This document shows, one piece after another, positions 59,051 to 64,000 of a stretch of 64,000 nucleotides of DNA. The notes beneath the pieces are model-generated. The model was given only the letters and a program-made list of their open reading frames with translations. It did no database searches and had not been told where the DNA came from. This DNA is from Albugo candida (lineage: Eukaryota). Within the stretch, counting starts at the first letter, position 1. Every line of letters starts with the position of its first letter. The stretch is taken from the NCBI GenBank assembly GCA_040437565.1, contig JBDOQK010000005.1:62001-126000 (forward strand). The letters run 5' to 3'. The position numbers were made by a program, and so were the translations under genes.

Positions 59051-62000
59051 AGTTTTGCCTCCATTGTCGAGAAGCAGACGCCACCTTGTTTTATAGCTAT
59101 CCAAGTCACAGGCATTCCGTCCACAGATATCCACCTTCCAGTAGTTGATTTTCTGTCCGCCTTGTTAGCAGAAAAATCAGCGTAGCTGTAACCTCTGATG
59201 GTTATCAGTTTCTAGTAAATATTGTCCTGCCACATTGGTATACGTAGTGTCCTAGTTTCTTGCAGATATCTTGGAATACTTTTGGCCAACTTCTAGTCAC
59301 CTATTGTTGGTGAGTGTGTGCGCCTAGAGACTCGTACCGCATACGATATGTCATGTCCGCTAAAGCGTGACAACCATAGTAAACTTCCCACTAAAGATTG
59401 AAAATTCCTGATCTTTGTTTTCCCATCTTGAAAATGTCTGGCGAATTTTCATCAGTCTCATCAACTTCATTTGCTTCCTCACGGATTGATAAACGAATAC
59501 CGCGTGCATCTTCCAGTCCGTTGTCCTTAAACATTTCTCGGATGGTCACTTCTTGGTCTATATCATACCTGTATGTTCAGTATGATCGATAGGCATCCGT
59601 AAGAACTTTTGCACCTTTCCAAGGTTTTCAACTGACAGATCTTGTAATTGATCAAGGCAGGTATCCATAAGTGCTGCGTTCGTCGTTGTCACCAGTAGAT
59701 CGTCAACATAGACACCAACCACAATAATATCTCTCTCCACATGTTTTCGGTACATGCACATATCAGTTAGGCACTGTTAAAATCCCAAACTTTTCAACTT
59801 TTCTTGTGGAGTAATTCGCTCCACAGCCGCCTCGCTTCTTTTAACCCATACAAGGACTTCTTTAGTTCCAATGCGAGCTCATTCACACGACTTGTCTCTA
59901 AATGAGCAATAATATCTTTCGAGTATCCATACCGTTTGGAATATTCAAGTAAATGCTCAAATCCGATTCTTTCTCGGCCTTAACGTGTGCATTTGGAATG
60001 TCGCCGTGCTTGTCTGGCACACGCCACTTTTATGCAAGTGCCAATATTAGCTTGAAGCTTTGACATGTACATGACCGCCGCAAAAGTAATGTTGTGATCC
60101 CGACCAAACACTTGCTCATTTACACGGGCCTTAAATCGCTCGAAATCACCGTTCGCGTCTCTTTTTGTTCTGTAAACCCGCTTTGTATGCAGGCTATTTG
60201 CACCGTCCGGTAAACGAACTACATTCCAGACGTCGTTTTGTTCCAGTGCACTAAGCTCTTCCCGCATCGCCACCATCCACTGTTCTTTTTTGGTCACTTC
60301 GTATCACTTGACCAGAGTCTTGTGGATCTGTATCCCGCATGAGGTTGACAATACCTGCTCCAATATCTCCACTCAGTATCTTTGTACTCTACACATTTAC
60401 TTTAGTTGAATTTGAGCGCGTTACCAGTTTCTATCTTGTCCAGCTCGCTTTATTTTTCTTGGCGTTGGGTGTCTCATCTTTCTTCTTGTCTCGTAGTAAA
60501 TCCTGATTTATTTGTTTGTCCTGCTGTTTGTTGCTAGGTGTCTCGATGCTTTTCACGTTTTGCGTAGTTATCACAACGCATTCGTTCGGCAATTAAACGC
60601 GGTATCCCTTAGTCACATCTCCAATGCCAACATTACGCCAAGCTGGCCCCGTTGCGCGAAATGTTTCTTCCTTGGGTCGCAAAAAAACCGTGCACGGGGA
60701 TCCAAAAGTAACAATCTCGCCGAGTGTAGGTGTGATATTCGTCAGAAATTGTAATGGTGAAACTCTGCCAGGGTTCGCTTTGTGGATGAGCGGTCTATAA
60801 TGTATGCCCATATTGAACTGTGTCTCCGCATAATTAAAATGGCAATCCAAACATGCACCTGGCCATATTCATAATGGTATGATGCATTCTTTTGAACTTC
60901 CAGTTGCTTTCCTGATTCCTCGACTCACTGCGTTGCCTGAACACACCGGTATCCTTGCAGAACAAATCAATGTTCTTATATTCTCCACCCGAATCGGTTC
61001 GTAAAACATTAATTTTACAATCGAATCCTTTCTCAAAATAAACCAAACGGTCTCAAATTTTTTCGCATCAGCATCCTTTGTCTTCGTTAAGAAAACCCGA
61101 ACGTAATTACTTCTATAATCCACAAAATACACCGTGTACCGGTTTCCAAGTCGATCTCGCGGTGTAATTGAACCCTTTAAGTCAGAGCGAACAACTCCAC
61201 CAATGCGTTGAATTAGAGAGTGCTCACGCGAATCAACCTTGGTCTGTTGATTTCTGCTCTGCTTTCCTTGAGCACAAGTCAAACAGTTTTCACGACTGTG
61301 ATCCGTAAGCATGATTTCAGACGCAGAGTCCTTGATCCTTTTTAAACTGCATTGTCAGCGGCCGCCAAAATGACGTCACAAACTTAGGAAAACTCTTCGG
61401 TGATATTTGGCCAACGAGTACATTTTTCATCAGATCGACATTAAAAATAACACTTTTGCCATCAGTGCTTGCGAGGACACGTTTTCCTGAATGTTTCGTC
61501 AACGAGTACCCTTTCTCGTCAAAAATTCCATACGAGATAAGAATCCACGTTAAGCCTTTGGCGTAGTAAACGTTCATGAGATTCACGATTTTTTGTTTTC
61601 CCAAGGCCATCACAGCCAGCATTACAGATACTCTTTTGCTGATTTGTAAAGGCTTTTCATCTGGATGCACGCAAGTGCCGCCAGCATCTTTCAAGTTGTC
61701 TAATTATGTTTCATCTCGAATCAGGTGACGACTAGAGCCACTGTTCAAAATCCAGATTTGCTCATCACAGCTTAGTGCGTCCGGGATAGCCAAAGTGAGT
61801 TCTGCTTCATCCTTTCCTCGTTGATACGCTTTTGAACATTTACCCTTCAAGTGACCCATTTCTCCGCAGATATGACCGACGGTCTTGAATTGCGCTAACA
61901 ACTTCCCTTCCAATTCGTTTATTTACAGCGCCTGACTCCCACGCTTGGGCAAAGTGCGTCAGCTCTTCCGCTTGCTGAAGGTAGTCAGTTCTGCGATTAT

Positions 62001-63212
62001 CTAACTTTGCCATTAAAGCGATTCGCATCTCTTGAGAAGCATGTTTAACGATATTTGTCACAACGAGGAAGTCCGACCAGCCACCTAATGCCTCACCCAC
62101 TGCGTACAAGTACATTAGGTGGTCTATCCCTGACCTTCTCGCATCTTTGGGAGGATTAAACAAGTCCATTGCTTGAGCCGGCGTAATGGTGATTTGAAAA
62201 CTTGTAACATCCTTTCTAAGGCAAATTGTAGTGTCGGTACTTGGCTCCACCAGGCTTCAATCTGTTTGTTGACATATCTATCGGCTATACCTTCAAGGTG
62301 ATCTCCAAATAGATCAGCCTTGACATCTTTAGGCCACGAAAACCCACACGTATATTGAGCCAAAACGATTTGTCTCTCAAATCTTCTCCCTCATTCTAAA
62401 AAAAAAGATCCCAGACTTTGTTACAATTCCTTTCCGACGAATGGTTTAATCTCATCTCTTTTTGTCGCGCATCAGTACATCTGAACGCAGCTACACCACC
62501 GTTTCCTCGGTTCCCTCGGATTTCCGGCACCCTATTAACTCATTTACATTGCATCTTTATCGATCGTAGTCGCCTACACCATATTTAGGCGATCGTAGTC
62601 GGGTACACAATATTCAGGCTGATGCTCGTTAATGAACTGTGGATGTACATATCGATGTACTCTTTTATCCGCGCTCCTTTTGGGAATGTCTGTTAGTGAA
62701 TCCAGGTGCATCGGACCACGCCCTATTGCCGATTCAAACAATTTGGATTCCTTTCCGGGCTCTTGGATTGTTCTTCTGATATTCTCCTTGCCTCCCATCC
62801 ATTACTACAGCCCTTCGGAGCCCAGTCTTCTATTCTTCTCGACGATCCATACGACCAACCTGCCCACGAATGAGCTGCAACAATTCGTCTTTGTCGTCTT
62901 TATCACCCGTATTCTTCTCGTGAATCGTTTTCTTGTGTCGCCAACACCCACCGCCGTGCTTTTCTCTTTACTACCCTGGCTTTCTCGTGGCCAGGAGTAG
63001 TCACAGGTGAAGAAGCATTATTCTCGTCAATCTTATAGCCACAAACAAAGTCCGCCATTGGACTCATAACATGTCAAACCCTGGTGCTGTCACGACAGAC
63101 ACGACACAGGGGAAGCGAACTAGAACACGTTCTTTAGTTTCCAAAAGAAAAGTGACATATTAATTTATTATTATTCTTCAGCTAAATACGAAAATCCTCG
63201 CTACATACAACA
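59051..63212 (-). mobile_element. Decayed Ty1/copia LTR retrotransposon; 3' end lost in a gap
   Basis: Order is gag (HICGEMGHLKGKC knuckle), protease (WILNSGSSRHL), integrase (CLTCAQGKQ, SDLKG, FVDYRS, LRTDSGGEY), RT (W..AMREELSALEQNDVW, RFKAR, VYVDDLL). Many frameshifts. Confidence 0.93.
63072..63212 (-). repeat. Predicted short 5' LTR (~141 bp, TGTTG...TGACA) with an adjacent PBS at 63060-63071
   Basis: Minus strand reads ..TTGACA|TGTTATGAGTCC, resembling the GGTTATGGGCCC copia primer-binding site. LINE homology starts beyond 63212. Confidence 0.6.
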
Positions 63213-64000
63213 ATGTTATGTAGTCCACGCCTTTCCATATGGCTTCGTCATCATTTCTTCAACATGCTCCACCTTCAACAACATGTACGTCCAATTGACT
63301 CGATCATGAGCTTTCTCAAAGTCGAGAAAAGTCGCATACGCATCTTACCCACGATGATACCAATTATTGGATGCTGGTGAGATGTCGAATGTGGTGATGC
63401 ATGGACCTTCCTCGCACAAATGCGTTTGATCTTGATGGATCAATTTCAGCAAAACGTTGCAATCGATGCGTGAATACTTTTTCAAGTACTTTCACATCGA
63501 CGCAAAGGAGTGCAATCGGTCGATAGCTGTCCGTTTCACCTTATTCAAAGTAAGATGCCTCTTTCCAGCTAATATTCGAAGACGATATTCAGACACTCGC
63601 CAAACATTTCCGGATCAAGCTGATAAAATGCAGCTGGTAGTCCATCTATACCTGAGGAAAAAAGTACTGCGCATGTGCTTGATCGCTTCCGCCATCTCGA
63701 TCGTAATTGAGCGAGTTGAGAGACGGTCCTTCTCTTCTGACGCAAGGAAACCTTGATTCGATTCCAATAGCTTTTTCATTTATTCCACTTGGATTAGCTG
63801 ATTCGTTCTTGGAGCTATAAAGCGAGCCCATGACGTCACATCAATGATTTGTGAATTCGTCAATCACCTCCCTCGGGTTTGATGTCGCTGTGCCACATTT
63901 GTTTTCACATGTCCGATCGGCACGCGACGACAAGAACTATACGGAGGGTTAAAAATAGCTTGGAGAAGTTCTCAATGTGTTTCACGGGATGAAGGAAGCT
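63213..64000 (-). mobile_element. Decayed non-LTR retrotransposon RT (N-half), interrupted by the copia element
   Basis: Minus-strand fragments AFVRGRSMHHHIRHL and YATFLDFEKAHDRVNWTYML. Confidence 0.8.

Noticed and set aside
62632-63000. 122-aa plus-strand ORF with a signal-like start
   Set aside because: It is antisense to the copia gag/leader region, so most likely a shadow ORF
1-64000. CRISPR arrays, rRNA, intact tRNA, prokaryotic operons or defence systems
   Set aside because: None seen; the window is intron-containing eukaryotic DNA with no regularly spaced repeat-spacer structure

Overview
Eukaryotic draft-assembly window. Short GT-AG introns of about 50-60 nt, very tight gene spacing, INR-like promoters and oomycete-type retroelements point to an oomycete, probably Albugo-like (inference). 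It has eleven 100-N gaps, seven of them flanked by duplicated overlaps that are assembly artefacts. Positions 1-40.3 kb are gene-dense housekeeping: Nup43-like WD40, CUE protein, SAC1, SDR, GNAT, HIRA, a cNMP-binding protein, RPS15A/uS8, a giant VPS13-family gene, a class-V PLP lyase, a TM-FHA protein and ALG11. Positions 40.3-64 kb are gene-sparse, with decayed DDE transposon, LINE and Ty1/copia elements, intact small secreted proteins and probable decayed CCG/CHxC-type effector relics. Main leads: (1) three divergent ~160-175 aa secreted Cys proteins with a shared signature, two of which keep a promoter better conserved than their coding sequence; (2) a double-hairpin 5'-UTR intron in the uS8 gene; (3) hammerhead- and twister-like ribozyme cores in repeated blocks flanking a LINE; (4) a VPS13 with PDZ-like/IQ/PH modules that ends in IQ plus a CaaX box. 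All exon boundaries were read by eye.
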